Origin: Planctomycetota bacterium
GTDB taxonomy: Bacteria; Planctomycetota; UBA11346
NCBI GenBank assembly: GCA_043775355.1
Contig: JAYVSL010000034.1
Location: 2,749-66,748, forward strand
DNA length: 64,000 nt
Direction of reading: 5' to 3'
The position numbers and the translations under genes are program-made. Below the pieces are notes generated by a model. The model was not told the origin of the DNA. It made no database searches and saw only the letters and a program-made list of their open reading frames with translations. Each line of letters opens with the position of its first letter. The stretch's first letter is position 1. This document shows positions 1 to 8,461 of this stretch, piece after piece.

Positions 1-240
1 AGTGGTTGACCCGATGCGGTCGGCAAACTTCGCCGTTGCATCAATAGACTCCATGATTCCATGCGTCCACGTAGTAACCGCCTTCAACGCCGCCACGCCA
101 AGGAAGCCCACCACCATTGCCTGAACGCGGTTGACGGTTGACTCCAGCGAAACGACAGAAGCAACCGCCGTCTTCATGTTAGCGGTGAACTCTGCGGTCC
201 TCGCAACGAGGCTGATATTTACCGTTCCCGCGTTCCCCAT
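1..240 (-). CDS. Tail tape measure protein, N-terminal fragment. The gene continues beyond the window start.
   Basis: Minus-strand ATG at 238-240. Reads MGNAGTVNISLVARTAEFTANMKTAV... through to the window edge. Sits immediately downstream of the G/GT chaperone pair as in lambdoid order. Confidence 0.45.
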   Translation of the reverse strand, partial: MGNAGTVNISLVARTAEFTANMKTAVASVVSLESTVNRVQAMVVGFLGVAALKAVTTWTHGIMESIDATAKFADRIGSTT

Positions 241-243
241 GGG

Positions 244-956
244 CTAGGCTTTCTTAACCGATTGGTTCATAGAACACGCGAGCATCATGCGTGACTGCAT
301 CTCCTCGATCGCTTGCCTGCGCTTCGGCTTTCCAAATGTCGGCATGAAGTCCTCAGCGTGGAATTGTTTGCGTCCTTGCGCGTGACAGTTGGCGACGGTC
401 GCCGCGATAATGCCGGAACGAAGGTCCGCGCGTTCTTCGCCCCATGGCTCAGCGGTAAAGAATGCCACCCACTCCGCGAACTCTTCGGCGCTGATGAGCT
501 GCTGCGCCTGCCTCACACTCATCCCAAGCGACAACGCCAGCCGAAACCAGAACCGCCGCTCGGGGTGAGTGTCTAGTCTTTTCCCAGGCGTTCTTGCGCC
601 TCGGTGTCGAGAGCGTTCAAAGTCTGCGCGACTTTGAACAAGCGGTCGAGAACGTTGCCGGATTTCTTGCCGAGAGCTTCCGGCGTAGCGCCGAACGAGG
701 ATCCATCCGCATTGCACAAGGTGTGTGACAAAAACGTTGCCCGAAGATTCGGAGGAAGACCCCCGCTCTTCTCTTTCGCCGCGATCAATGCCGCCTCGAA
801 AGCGTCCCGCTCGGTGCCCGTCATGGCGCGAACGCCAACGAACCCGCCCCACTCAGGCACTTCGACCTCAACGATTTTAGCATCGTTGGCGTCAATAATA
901 TCCGAAAGGGCGAGCATTTTTCTTGCTGCTGGCTCGGTGATGGTTTCCAGTGACAT
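244..956 (-). CDS. Tail assembly chaperone G-T fusion made by a programmed -1 ribosomal frameshift.
   Basis: The track ORF 244..852 is Arg-rich nonsense where it overlaps G. Downstream of the slippery site it becomes protein-like (...RLDTHPERRFWF...AEEFAEWVAFFTAEPWGEERADL...). The -1 slip at G GGA AAA G joins the two frames exactly. Confidence 0.5.
573..956 (-). CDS. Tail assembly chaperone (gpG-like).
   Basis: 127-aa acidic protein between the major tail gene and the tape measure. Ends ...AQERLGKD just after a GGGAAAAG slippery motif. Confidence 0.55.
   Translation of the reverse strand: MSLETITEPAARKMLALSDIIDANDAKIVEVEVPEWGGFVGVRAMTGTERDAFEAALIAAKEKSGGLPPNLRATFLSHTLCNADGSSFGATPEALGKKSGNVLDRLFKVAQTLNALDTEAQERLGKD
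578..585 (-). other. Slippery heptamer GGGAAAAG (X XXY YYZ type) for the G/GT -1 frameshift.
   Basis: Plus strand reads cttttccc. Reverse complement is GGGAAAAG, 2 codons before the G stop codon. Confidence 0.5.
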
Positions 957-1003
957 GATCTCTCCTTGATTGAGTAAATAGTCGTCCAGGCGAATAAAAG
1001 AGA

Positions 1004-1396
1004 TTAAGAGACAACCGGCAGCACGGTCAACTTGAAGGTTGCGGAACCCGTCATGCGCTCACCGGTTTTCGCGCCACCCTTAAAGCTGGTCATGAATGCG
1101 CCATTGGTCCAAGTCCAAGTCTTGGTGGTAGCACCAGAACCCCACACAATGACCAGCGTTGCCGCTGCGCCACCGATGGGAGGCAATGCCTGCACGTCGA
1201 ACTCGACTTCGCAATTCACCTCGCCCGGCTCGATTAAGTCGGCAGGGATATAGGTGCGCGCTACGGTCGTGCCCATGTGCGTTGCCTCAATGGCTGGGCG
1301 CGAAAAGTTCGGGCCGTCTACTGAGATAAGGTTTGCGATGAAGCCCGAGAACGTGAGGGTCGTACCCTGTCCGTCTGCTGCTGCGGTGATTGGCAT
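1004..1396 (-). CDS. Major tail protein. Start trimmed to the ATG preceded by an AGGAGA ribosome binding site.
   Basis: MPITAAADGQGTTLTFSGFIANLISVDGPNFSR... is beta-rich and small, typical of a siphovirus tail tube. Strong SD 8 nt upstream of the ATG at 1396. The longer track ORF would overlap the upstream gene. Confidence 0.55.
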   Translation of the reverse strand: MPITAAADGQGTTLTFSGFIANLISVDGPNFSRPAIEATHMGTTVARTYIPADLIEPGEVNCEVEFDVQALPPIGGAAATLVIVWGSGATTKTWTWTNGAFMTSFKGGAKTGERMTGSATFKLTVLPVVS

Positions 1397-1424
1397 GGCT
1401 GGTGTCTCCTGTGACTTGGTGGTG

Positions 1425-1865
1425 TTAGGTGAGAGTTGGGATAGATTCGGCGGCTGAAATTCGGTAATCCAATAAGCGGCGAAATAATCCGCGATCACTG
1501 CCGTCTGTCGGGTCTACTGGCTGGTCGCGCTCGTCTTCAAGGTGGACTTTTTGCAACCAGATGGTGTCAGCGCCGACCGTGACATTCCCACGGAAGCCAT
1601 CCAGGCGGTTGCGAATGGCTTCACAGCATTGCTCTAAGCTGTCGAGCGTGGCCGCAAAAACGTCAAGTTGTAGACGAACGAAAACCAAGCCCGACGCCCC
1701 GCCCATGTGGTCTTGGTGATCAGCAACGAGTCGCGTATATACGGCACGCGGTAGCGCGGTTTGCTCGCTCGACCTGCTCGGCTCGATGCGATTACTAAGC
1801 AACGCAAAGCAAGCGGTGCTCGTAATTAAACGGTTATAAATGGCCACGTCTGCGGAGAGCGTCAT
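1425..1865 (-). CDS. Tail completion or head-tail joining component (gp17/DUF3168-like).
   Basis: Lies between the gp10-like gene and the major tail gene. ATGA start/stop coupling with its neighbour. Confidence 0.35.
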   Translation of the reverse strand: MTLSADVAIYNRLITSTACFALLSNRIEPSRSSEQTALPRAVYTRLVADHQDHMGGASGLVFVRLQLDVFAATLDSLEQCCEAIRNRLDGFRGNVTVGADTIWLQKVHLEDERDQPVDPTDGSDRGLFRRLLDYRISAAESIPTLT

Positions 1866-2311
1866 TTTTTCGCAAGCTCCGCTTCAACGCGCGCCTTCAA
1901 TTCATCGGCAAAATCAGAAACACATTGCACCTTGCCCGTCTCGTAGGCACCGCGAAGGAACGCAACAGGAGGGACGAATCCACCATCGGGAGTAACGTGC
2001 CCATACTCGACCGGGTTCGCGTAGCGGACGGGATCATTTTCTATATTGCGCCCACTGCGCGCCCATTTGAAACCCTGACGCGCACCGACCAGCAAGACCA
2101 CTTCACCCTTGCCGACTCGCTTGGCTTTTTTCACCCCGATGGATTTCCGAAGATTGCCCGTGTCCTTGGGAATGCGGCGCTTGGCTGAGGCAACAATGGG
2201 CTTCAACGCTGCGCGCCCCGCACGCTCAACTAGCCGCTTTTGAACGCGCGATGAAAGCTCGTTTAGCTTAGCGATTGCCTCAGGAAATCCGTGCGTGGTG
2301 ATCCGCATCAC
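1862..2311 (-). CDS. HK97 gp10-family head-tail component.
   Basis: MMRITTHGFPEAIAKLNELSSRVQKRL...NDPVRYANPVEYGHV is the typical pattern of the HK97 gp10 family. Sits in the connector module. Confidence 0.5.
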   Translation of the reverse strand: MMRITTHGFPEAIAKLNELSSRVQKRLVERAGRAALKPIVASAKRRIPKDTGNLRKSIGVKKAKRVGKGEVVLLVGARQGFKWARSGRNIENDPVRYANPVEYGHVTPDGGFVPPVAFLRGAYETGKVQCVSDFADELKARVEAELAKK

Positions 2312-2631
2312 ACCACCTCATTAGCGAGGGCGTCGGTTTTGATGCCGCGCTCTTCAAAATTGAGAACGCTTTCAAGATGGAAGATTCGCCCGTTATACGA
2401 CACCCGGTCTTGCGTCGTTATCCGCGCACCGCGCACGGTGATTTTGTGCGTGACGTTGCCGCCCTGTTGCTGTGCGCTGGTCGATTCCTTGGCGCTTAGC
2501 GGCTCAACTGACCCCCATACCGTCCATGCGGTAGTCCATACCTTGGAGCGTTCGCCATTAGGCGAAACAAATTCAGTTTCGCGCTGAATAGAAAGGCGAT
2601 GACGTAGCTTGCCTGCGCGCATGGCTACCAC
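2308..2631 (-). CDS. Head-tail adaptor or head closure protein (SPP1 gp16/Hc1-like).
   Basis: 107 aa. ...LRHRLSIQRETEFVSPNGERS..W......WGSVEPLSAKE. matches the head-tail joining family pattern. Confidence 0.5.
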   Translation of the reverse strand: MVAMRAGKLRHRLSIQRETEFVSPNGERSKVWTTAWTVWGSVEPLSAKESTSAQQQGGNVTHKITVRGARITTQDRVSYNGRIFHLESVLNFEERGIKTDALANEVV

Positions 2632-3260
2632 TGCTCTTGACAGATGAACGGAGACAGCAGCGAGTCCACGGCCATGGGAACGGCGGTTATGATGGTTCCG
2701 GCAATCGTCGCTTCGCGGTTCTCGTAGTAATGCCCAACGAGGAAGCAGATTGCCTGCTTGATCGGATCGGGAACGGCGGCGGCTGTGGCGTATCCGGCAA
2801 CGTAGGAGACGACGACAGAGCCGGGCTGTGAATAAACGTCAGGCCAGGATTTGCCGTAGGGCAAAGCAATGCGGCACGGCTCATCGTCACCCAGGACGAG
2901 GAAGTCAGTGCCCGAGACCAAGCTCTGCGTTGCTCCGCTCGTGTCCTTATAGCTGATCGTAATCCCCGAAACATACGGCGGACGAGGAAGGAGAATGTCC
3001 CAGCCCTCGACTGCTGGCGATATGTGAGAATTGAGCTCACCGTCAGGTAAATCATCCAGCGTGAGGCGCCACGTCTGTAACATGAACGCGCGGCGAGTAT
3101 GTTCCTCGCACGTGCGCGTAGCTGTTGCAATGTAGGTGCCCAACAACACATCATCGTCAGGGATGTCGATGCGCAGGTGCGACTTAACGGACGCAAGATC
3201 AACCGGTTGCCCGGTCGGCTCAACAATCCGCTTGAGTGTGAGTCGTTGGCCGCGCGGCAT
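2625..3260 (-). CDS. Head-tail connector protein (gp6-like DNA packaging or head-tail connector).
   Basis: 211 aa. ...LASVKSHLRIDIPDDDVLLGTYIATATRTCEEHTRRA... matches the gp6-like connector family. Position is after the capsid module. Confidence 0.45.
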   Translation of the reverse strand: MPRGQRLTLKRIVEPTGQPVDLASVKSHLRIDIPDDDVLLGTYIATATRTCEEHTRRAFMLQTWRLTLDDLPDGELNSHISPAVEGWDILLPRPPYVSGITISYKDTSGATQSLVSGTDFLVLGDDEPCRIALPYGKSWPDVYSQPGSVVVSYVAGYATAAAVPDPIKQAICFLVGHYYENREATIAGTIITAVPMAVDSLLSPFICQEQW

Positions 3261-3285
3261 GGCTACGCGCCGCGTTCGGCGGCGA

Positions 3286-3717
3286 TCACGGAGATGGGGT
3301 TAAGCGGTACACGCCGACCGTGACGGAAGTCACGGCGGAATACGTAATAGTGACCTTGCTTGAACCATTGTTGAACAAGGCACGCGGAAACGGACCAATG
3401 CGACGACGACCAGTAGTAGCAGGGACCGACACGGTTGGATCGGTCACCGTCAAACCACCGGGCGCACCCTGACCACCAGCCGGGAATGCGTCACTAGTGA
3501 CGGTGATAGGCGCACCACTCGCGTTGATGACCTCGATAAATTCGTAGCCGGTATTCGTGAAGGTGTTCCCGGTCACATCCGCAGCGGTCGCTGAATCAAC
3601 ACCGGCAATAGTTATATCGGTCGGCGTGAGGTCGGTCGCGGCATGGAGTGACAGCGGGCAAAGAGCTAAAAGCGCCACCAGTACGAGGAGAGCGGAAAGT
3701 TTGGCGATGTCTCGCAT
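3286..3717 (-). CDS. Secreted beta-rich protein with a Sec signal peptide, embedded in the head module.
   Basis: MRDIAKLSALLVLVALLALCPLSLHA|ATDL... has a classic n/h/c signal peptide. The mature part is rich in Thr, Val and Gly. Confidence 0.45.
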   Translation of the reverse strand: MRDIAKLSALLVLVALLALCPLSLHAATDLTPTDITIAGVDSATAADVTGNTFTNTGYEFIEVINASGAPITVTSDAFPAGGQGAPGGLTVTDPTVSVPATTGRRRIGPFPRALFNNGSSKVTITYSAVTSVTVGVYRLTPSP

Positions 3718-3770
3718 GGTTTGAGGTCTCCGGCGTAACTGGTGGCGAATGAAATGGACGCGATCGAGCG

Positions 3771-4253
3771 TTAGTCGATCTTGGCGTCGGGCATCGTGGT
3801 GCCTGCGCCGTTGTAGCGCGGCTCGCTCAAGATGTAGACGATTGAAAGTAAGTCGGCGACCGCGCCAGGGCTGGCGGTCTGGATCTGGAAACAGTCGAAG
3901 CCGTTGGTTACGTCGAGCTCTTCCGCGTCGATTTCCAGAACCGTGACGGTGTTAGCCGTGGCGGGCAGGTTGAAGGTATTCGACACTATCGCGGTCTTGG
4001 TGAACTGGCCGGCGGTAACTGCGGCCTTCTGCCAGTAGCTCGCCAACGGCGCGGTTTTTGCCGCAGTGCCAGCAACATCCTGCGCCTGACGCGCGGTTAC
4101 TGCGGGAGTGCCGCCAGCCCACGCGCCCTGGGTGATGATCACCGTCGCGTGGTTGAAGTTCTTCAAGCTGATAAACGTACCGTTTTTCGCGGCGCCGTTG
4201 ATGTCGATGGGAACCTGGGCCGATTCGATCCCGGATTTTTCCACGAGTTGCAT
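3771..4253 (-). CDS. Phage head accessory or decoration-like structural protein.
   Basis: 160 aa directly downstream of the major capsid gene. Beta-rich, no clear family motif. Confidence 0.3.
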   Translation of the reverse strand: MQLVEKSGIESAQVPIDINGAAKNGTFISLKNFNHATVIITQGAWAGGTPAVTARQAQDVAGTAAKTAPLASYWQKAAVTAGQFTKTAIVSNTFNLPATANTVTVLEIDAEELDVTNGFDCFQIQTASPGAVADLLSIVYILSEPRYNGAGTTMPDAKID

Positions 4254-4292
4254 GTGCTGTTCCTTGAAAGGGTGGAGAAGACCGGGCCGGTA

Positions 4293-5663
4293 TTAGCGGG
4301 CCGCGAGGGTGACGACGCTTGAGAGGGTGTTAGCACCCTTGTATGGCGTGGTCGGGTTGGCGAGCCAGGGTTGGCCGTCCATGTAGAACATGAAGCGGAA
4401 GGCCTGTTCGGCGTAGTCGAAGCGCAGATGCATGGACACTGCGGAATCGATGCCGCCTTGGGTGCCGACTGCGTACATGGACATATCGGCCAGAATAATA
4501 TCGCCCAAGTTCGTGAGACTGGCGCAGTATTCGAGAGGCATCACCGGGCGACCCTTGAGGGTATTCTTCTCGGCATTCCAGACGACGTTCGAAATGCCCC
4601 CGACGTTTTCGGTACCGGCAACGTTCTTGATCGGCAGGTTGAGTCCGTCGAACTGCGGCTCTACATCCACATTGTAGAACCAGACGGCGTTCTTGCGGCA
4701 GCGGGGATGCAGGCGAGCCCACATCTTGGAGATGTTCGACTGCGTGAGGGTGAGGGTCGGCTGACTCGCATCCTTCGCGACCGTCACCAGTGCGCCCGAT
4801 TTCATTAGGCCCAAAGGCTGACCGGCGCCATTGCCGTTGACGATCGAGTCGCCAACCACAAACGAGATTTCTTCCGAAGCGGCGCGTTGCAGGTAGGGCG
4901 CGAGAGCGGACGGCATGCGCAACAGCTTCTCGGTCACGTAAACCAGCGCGGCGAGGCCGTGCGGTTCTAGCTTGAGATTACGGAAGGTCGGCTTGCTCTT
5001 GGGGATCTGCGCAGCTTCGGCCAGCCAGTACGCCTGGATGCCGCCATAGCGGCTGCCGTTTGCGCGGTTGGTTTCAGCGTTAGCCAACAGGGTCAGGCTG
5101 TCGCCATCAACCGGGTACTGGTCGCACAGGCCAATCAGAGATTCGTCGCCACCGTTCAGCCCGTCCCAAATCGCAGTGGAGAACTGCGGAGGAACGAGGA
5201 ACCCGCCCTCAGAGCCAACGGCAACGTTATTGCCCTGGCCAGCAGCTAAAGGATTGAGCATATCGCGATCAGCCTGGGCGATGTGCGCGCCGGGGGTCGA
5301 GGCGCGGACGATCAAAGAGGCGAGGGCGCCAAGGTCGCGGAAGCCACGGGTTGGATCTGCATCGCCGCGGGCGCGGACGTTGGTCACGCGGGGGGTGTTG
5401 CTGGCGTCCTCAGTGCGGGCGACCGTGCGCGGAGCCATCGGGGCGCGGGCTGCAGCAAGGCGGGTTGCGTTCGCGGCGACGGCAGCGGCAGCGGATTCGC
5501 GCGACTGTTCGGCGGCAATCTCTGCGTCGAGCCGTTCAACGTCACCCATGGCCGCGTCAAAGGCGGTTTGATCAGCCTCCGCCAGAATCCCATCAACTGC
5601 GCGGGCATTGATCGCCTCCGCCAAGACGAAGGCGGCGAGACGGGCGGCGATGAGCTTTTTCAT
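4293..5663 (-). CDS. Major capsid protein, HK97 fold, with an N-terminal coiled-coil scaffold (delta) domain.
   Basis: Start set at MKKLIAARL with GGAG 7 nt upstream. N-terminal Ala/Glu-rich coiled coil followed by a capsid domain. Gene order is portal, protease, capsid. Confidence 0.7.
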   Translation of the reverse strand: MKKLIAARLAAFVLAEAINARAVDGILAEADQTAFDAAMGDVERLDAEIAAEQSRESAAAAVAANATRLAAARAPMAPRTVARTEDASNTPRVTNVRARGDADPTRGFRDLGALASLIVRASTPGAHIAQADRDMLNPLAAGQGNNVAVGSEGGFLVPPQFSTAIWDGLNGGDESLIGLCDQYPVDGDSLTLLANAETNRANGSRYGGIQAYWLAEAAQIPKSKPTFRNLKLEPHGLAALVYVTEKLLRMPSALAPYLQRAASEEISFVVGDSIVNGNGAGQPLGLMKSGALVTVAKDASQPTLTLTQSNISKMWARLHPRCRKNAVWFYNVDVEPQFDGLNLPIKNVAGTENVGGISNVVWNAEKNTLKGRPVMPLEYCASLTNLGDIILADMSMYAVGTQGGIDSAVSMHLRFDYAEQAFRFMFYMDGQPWLANPTTPYKGANTLSSVVTLAAR

Positions 5664-5739
5664 GATTGAGGCTCCGGGCTGTGCCCTGGGGTAGTGACTC
5701 AATCAAATAGTCGCCCGAGCAACTACGGCAAGAAACTCT

Positions 5740-5934
5740 TCAACGTCGAGAGTCAATCAATTGCAACTCACGGCTGGCCTCATTCATCGCGTCCAAGGTA
5801 TATCCGTGCTGATCTCCGAGCTCGACCGCGTGCCGGATGTCGCGCGCCTTGAGTATCCACACCACGCGGTGGCGCGGCTCGTCCAACAAGCGCGCCATGT
5901 CCGCAATCGTTAGGTATTTTTCCGTCTCGCTCAT
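5740..5934 (-). CDS. Small HTH-like protein between the protease and capsid genes.
   Basis: MSETEKYLTIADMARLLDEPRHRVVWILKARD has an excisionase/MerR-like helix-turn-helix feel. The location is unusual. Confidence 0.25.
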   Translation of the reverse strand: MSETEKYLTIADMARLLDEPRHRVVWILKARDIRHAVELGDQHGYTLDAMNEASRELQLIDSRR

Positions 5935-6105
5935 GGGTAGATTTCTACTCCCTGACTGATTACCCACGTCAACAACTCGGCCAGTTTTGCCCGTAACCAG
6001 CGCGGCAAGACGCGAACCAACGGCGCGGAAATATCACTGCGCGAAGGATCGCCACCGCCCACCAGCGGAAGCGAAACCGGATCGTCACGGTTGCGTCTGC
6101 GCACA

Positions 6106-7029
6106 TCAGCGCCTAACCCGCGCCAATTCCATGCGGCGCTGGTTCGCGGTGGAAACCGGACGCGCTAAGTTGTCGGCGTAGGCAATCGCTTGGTCGAAGC
6201 TCTGCACCGCATCGACCAAGCCGAGACCTTGCGCCTTGTCCGCGATATGCACGCGCCCATCGAATAATGCCGCAGCTTGTTCGTTGCTGAGCTTCCGGCC
6301 GGATTGAACGGCCTGGAAAAACAAGGCGTTTAGATCATCGATTACGCGCTGGTATTCGGCAAGTTGCTCAGGCGTCACGGGTGCGCCGTCTACAAATGCG
6401 CCCTTGTGTGCGCCGGTACTAAGCACGTGGACCTTGATTCCTTCGGCCTGTGCCTTGCCGCTGGAGTCTTCGATCACGCCGTAGGTACCGAGCGAGCCGA
6501 CCAGCGCCGAACGGTTGGCCGTCACGCGCCGCGTCTGCGACATGGCCCAATAAAATGCGGACGCGCCCAGGTCTTCGATATGACCGAGCACGGGCTTGAT
6601 TGCATCCGCCGCGCGGATTTCATCGGCCAGTGTTTGAGTTCCGGCAACCGTTCCGCCTGGTGAATCGCCAGCAAGGAGGATCGCGCCGACTTCTCCATCA
6701 GCCGTTGCCGCGCGAATATACCGGCGGGTGTCAACGGTGGAGACGCCGCCAAACTTTGACCGCGCTTTCATCATCGCGCCCGACATCTGAATGACTGCGG
6801 TGCCTGAATCGGTGCGGATATACATTACCTCTGGTTGTTCGGGATCGCTGGTTGGGTCCACGACGGCGGTTGCCGCCTTCGGCATCGCCAATCCCTGCGA
6901 CTTCGGCGGCTCTATGTCCGTTCCGCGCACCATGCCAGCGATGACGGCAGCAGCAGCGCGTTGCAGGAACTTGGGCTCGATGGCCCATTCGCCCATGTAG
7001 GACGCGAAGCATGTGGGTGAGTGTTTCAT
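6106..7029 (-). CDS. Prohead maturation protease, S49 (SppA/ClpP-like) family.
   Basis: ...ILLAGDSPGGTVAGTQTLADEIRA...ASAFYWAMS... is an S49 peptidase signature. ATGA coupling with the portal stop. Confidence 0.65.
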   Translation of the reverse strand: MKHSPTCFASYMGEWAIEPKFLQRAAAAVIAGMVRGTDIEPPKSQGLAMPKAATAVVDPTSDPEQPEVMYIRTDSGTAVIQMSGAMMKARSKFGGVSTVDTRRYIRAATADGEVGAILLAGDSPGGTVAGTQTLADEIRAADAIKPVLGHIEDLGASAFYWAMSQTRRVTANRSALVGSLGTYGVIEDSSGKAQAEGIKVHVLSTGAHKGAFVDGAPVTPEQLAEYQRVIDDLNALFFQAVQSGRKLSNEQAAALFDGRVHIADKAQGLGLVDAVQSFDQAIAYADNLARPVSTANQRRMELARVRR

Positions 7030-8315
7030 TTTGCGGGCTCCGTCTCGGTCGCGGCTTTGCTGGGGTCGGGTTCGTTCGCGGCTGACGCCGGTTTGTCCTT
7101 GCCCTCGTTGATTTGTTCGAGCGTCATCATTGCGCCCTGCATGTAATACTTTTTACCAAGCCCGCCTGGGATCGGGTTGCGGTTTTCCAGCGCGCGGATT
7201 TCGTCAGGGCTGAGCGCGCCCATCTGGAAAAGTACCCGGTAGAAATTACCGCGAGCGGTTGAGTCGCCGCGCAACAGGGCATCAAATAGGATCTCCGCTA
7301 CGAGCTCCCTGCGCTCGCGTTCGGTCATCAGCTTACGTCTGACCTCCTGCTCCCAGCGAACGCCCCACGGCATGAGCGTGTCCACCACGTACTCGATTGC
7401 CTGTTGCTCAATGTTGTTGTTCGTGCTCGCCTTCATGTCACCGATTTTGTGCGGCTGCATGCGGAACCAGCGGGCAATTTCTGACACTTGGAACTCGCGA
7501 GTCTCAAGGAATTGAGCATCGTCAGGCGCGATGCTCAGCGTCTCAACCTTCACCCCTTCCTGCAGTACCGCCACGCCGTTGGAATTTCTCGCGCCACTGT
7601 GGCGCTTCTTCCAGCTTTCGCGCATATTGGTTTGGGCGGTCTCGCTAAGTTTGCCTGGATGCGTGAGCACGATGGCGGGAATTGCGCCATTGCCAAAGAA
7701 CGCTGCGCCGAATGTTTGCGCGGCAAGGCTAACCCCGAGGGATTCCGCAGCGAGTCCGACCACAGACAGCCCGCAGAGGGGGTCGTCACCGAAGCCGCGA
7801 ATGTGAAACACGTCGTCATATGGGATGCTAACCGAGCCGGTGCCCTTCACGTATACGTCTAGAAACAATTCCCCATCGACCCGGCGCAGTTTATTGCAGT
7901 TGTCCGGATGGATTGGCCATAGGGCGATCGGATTGCCCGAGCGGTCGCGCTGAATTTCTGCGTACGCATTACCCCACGATTCCGCCCAGCCATTCATCGT
8001 TTCGCGGAACGTTTGCGAGGTGGTCTCCGGGTTCGGCATATCGTGAAGCAATCGATATAATTGGTGATCGGTCGCCTCCTCCTTGCCGCCGCCACTGATA
8101 CGACGGTACACCTTGAACGGGAGCTTGCCGATGTCTTCGGCAATGTTGCGCACACACGCGTAGTAGGTCGAGAGCGCGAGGGCACGAGCCGGGCTGACCA
8201 ATTCGCCGGACGTGGTTTTGCGCGCCAGTTGGTGGCCGGTCATAATGTCGAACGGCACGGAGTCTTGCCCGCCACCTGCTGCCATCGGCGAAAACATGGA
8301 ACGTAGAATGCTCAT
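7026..8315 (-). CDS. Portal protein (HK97 family).
   Basis: 429 aa with portal-family pattern. Positioned between terL and the protease. Confidence 0.7.
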   Translation of the reverse strand: MSILRSMFSPMAAGGGQDSVPFDIMTGHQLARKTTSGELVSPARALALSTYYACVRNIAEDIGKLPFKVYRRISGGGKEEATDHQLYRLLHDMPNPETTSQTFRETMNGWAESWGNAYAEIQRDRSGNPIALWPIHPDNCNKLRRVDGELFLDVYVKGTGSVSIPYDDVFHIRGFGDDPLCGLSVVGLAAESLGVSLAAQTFGAAFFGNGAIPAIVLTHPGKLSETAQTNMRESWKKRHSGARNSNGVAVLQEGVKVETLSIAPDDAQFLETREFQVSEIARWFRMQPHKIGDMKASTNNNIEQQAIEYVVDTLMPWGVRWEQEVRRKLMTERERRELVAEILFDALLRGDSTARGNFYRVLFQMGALSPDEIRALENRNPIPGGLGKKYYMQGAMMTLEQINEGKDKPASAANEPDPSKAATETEPAK

Positions 8316-8461
8316 TGGGCGCGGTCCTTGCGGCTGAGGTCAAGCCAGAGAAGCAGACCGACCGACAGCGGGCCGGCAGGCGCATAACACCACCACGCGC
8401 CCCAGCCGATGAGGGCAAGGGCGACGATTGGCAGAGCCACGAACAGCACGCGCGCAACCAT
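8312..8461 (-). CDS. Unannotated 49-aa single-TM protein, translationally coupled between terL and portal.
   Basis: MVARVLFVALPIVALALIGWGAWWCYAPAGPLSVGLLLWLDLSRKDRAQ. GGAGA lies 6 nt upstream. Its start overlaps the terL stop, and its stop overlaps the portal start (ATGA). Below the 60-aa ORF track cutoff. Confidence 0.4.
   Translation of the reverse strand: MVARVLFVALPIVALALIGWGAWWCYAPAGPLSVGLLLWLDLSRKDRAQ

Noticed and set aside
244-572. The Arg-rich N-terminal part of track ORF 244..852, read as an independent 202-aa gene.
   Set aside because: The upstream half is out-of-frame overlap with gene G. It is better explained as the downstream half of a -1 frameshift G-T product.
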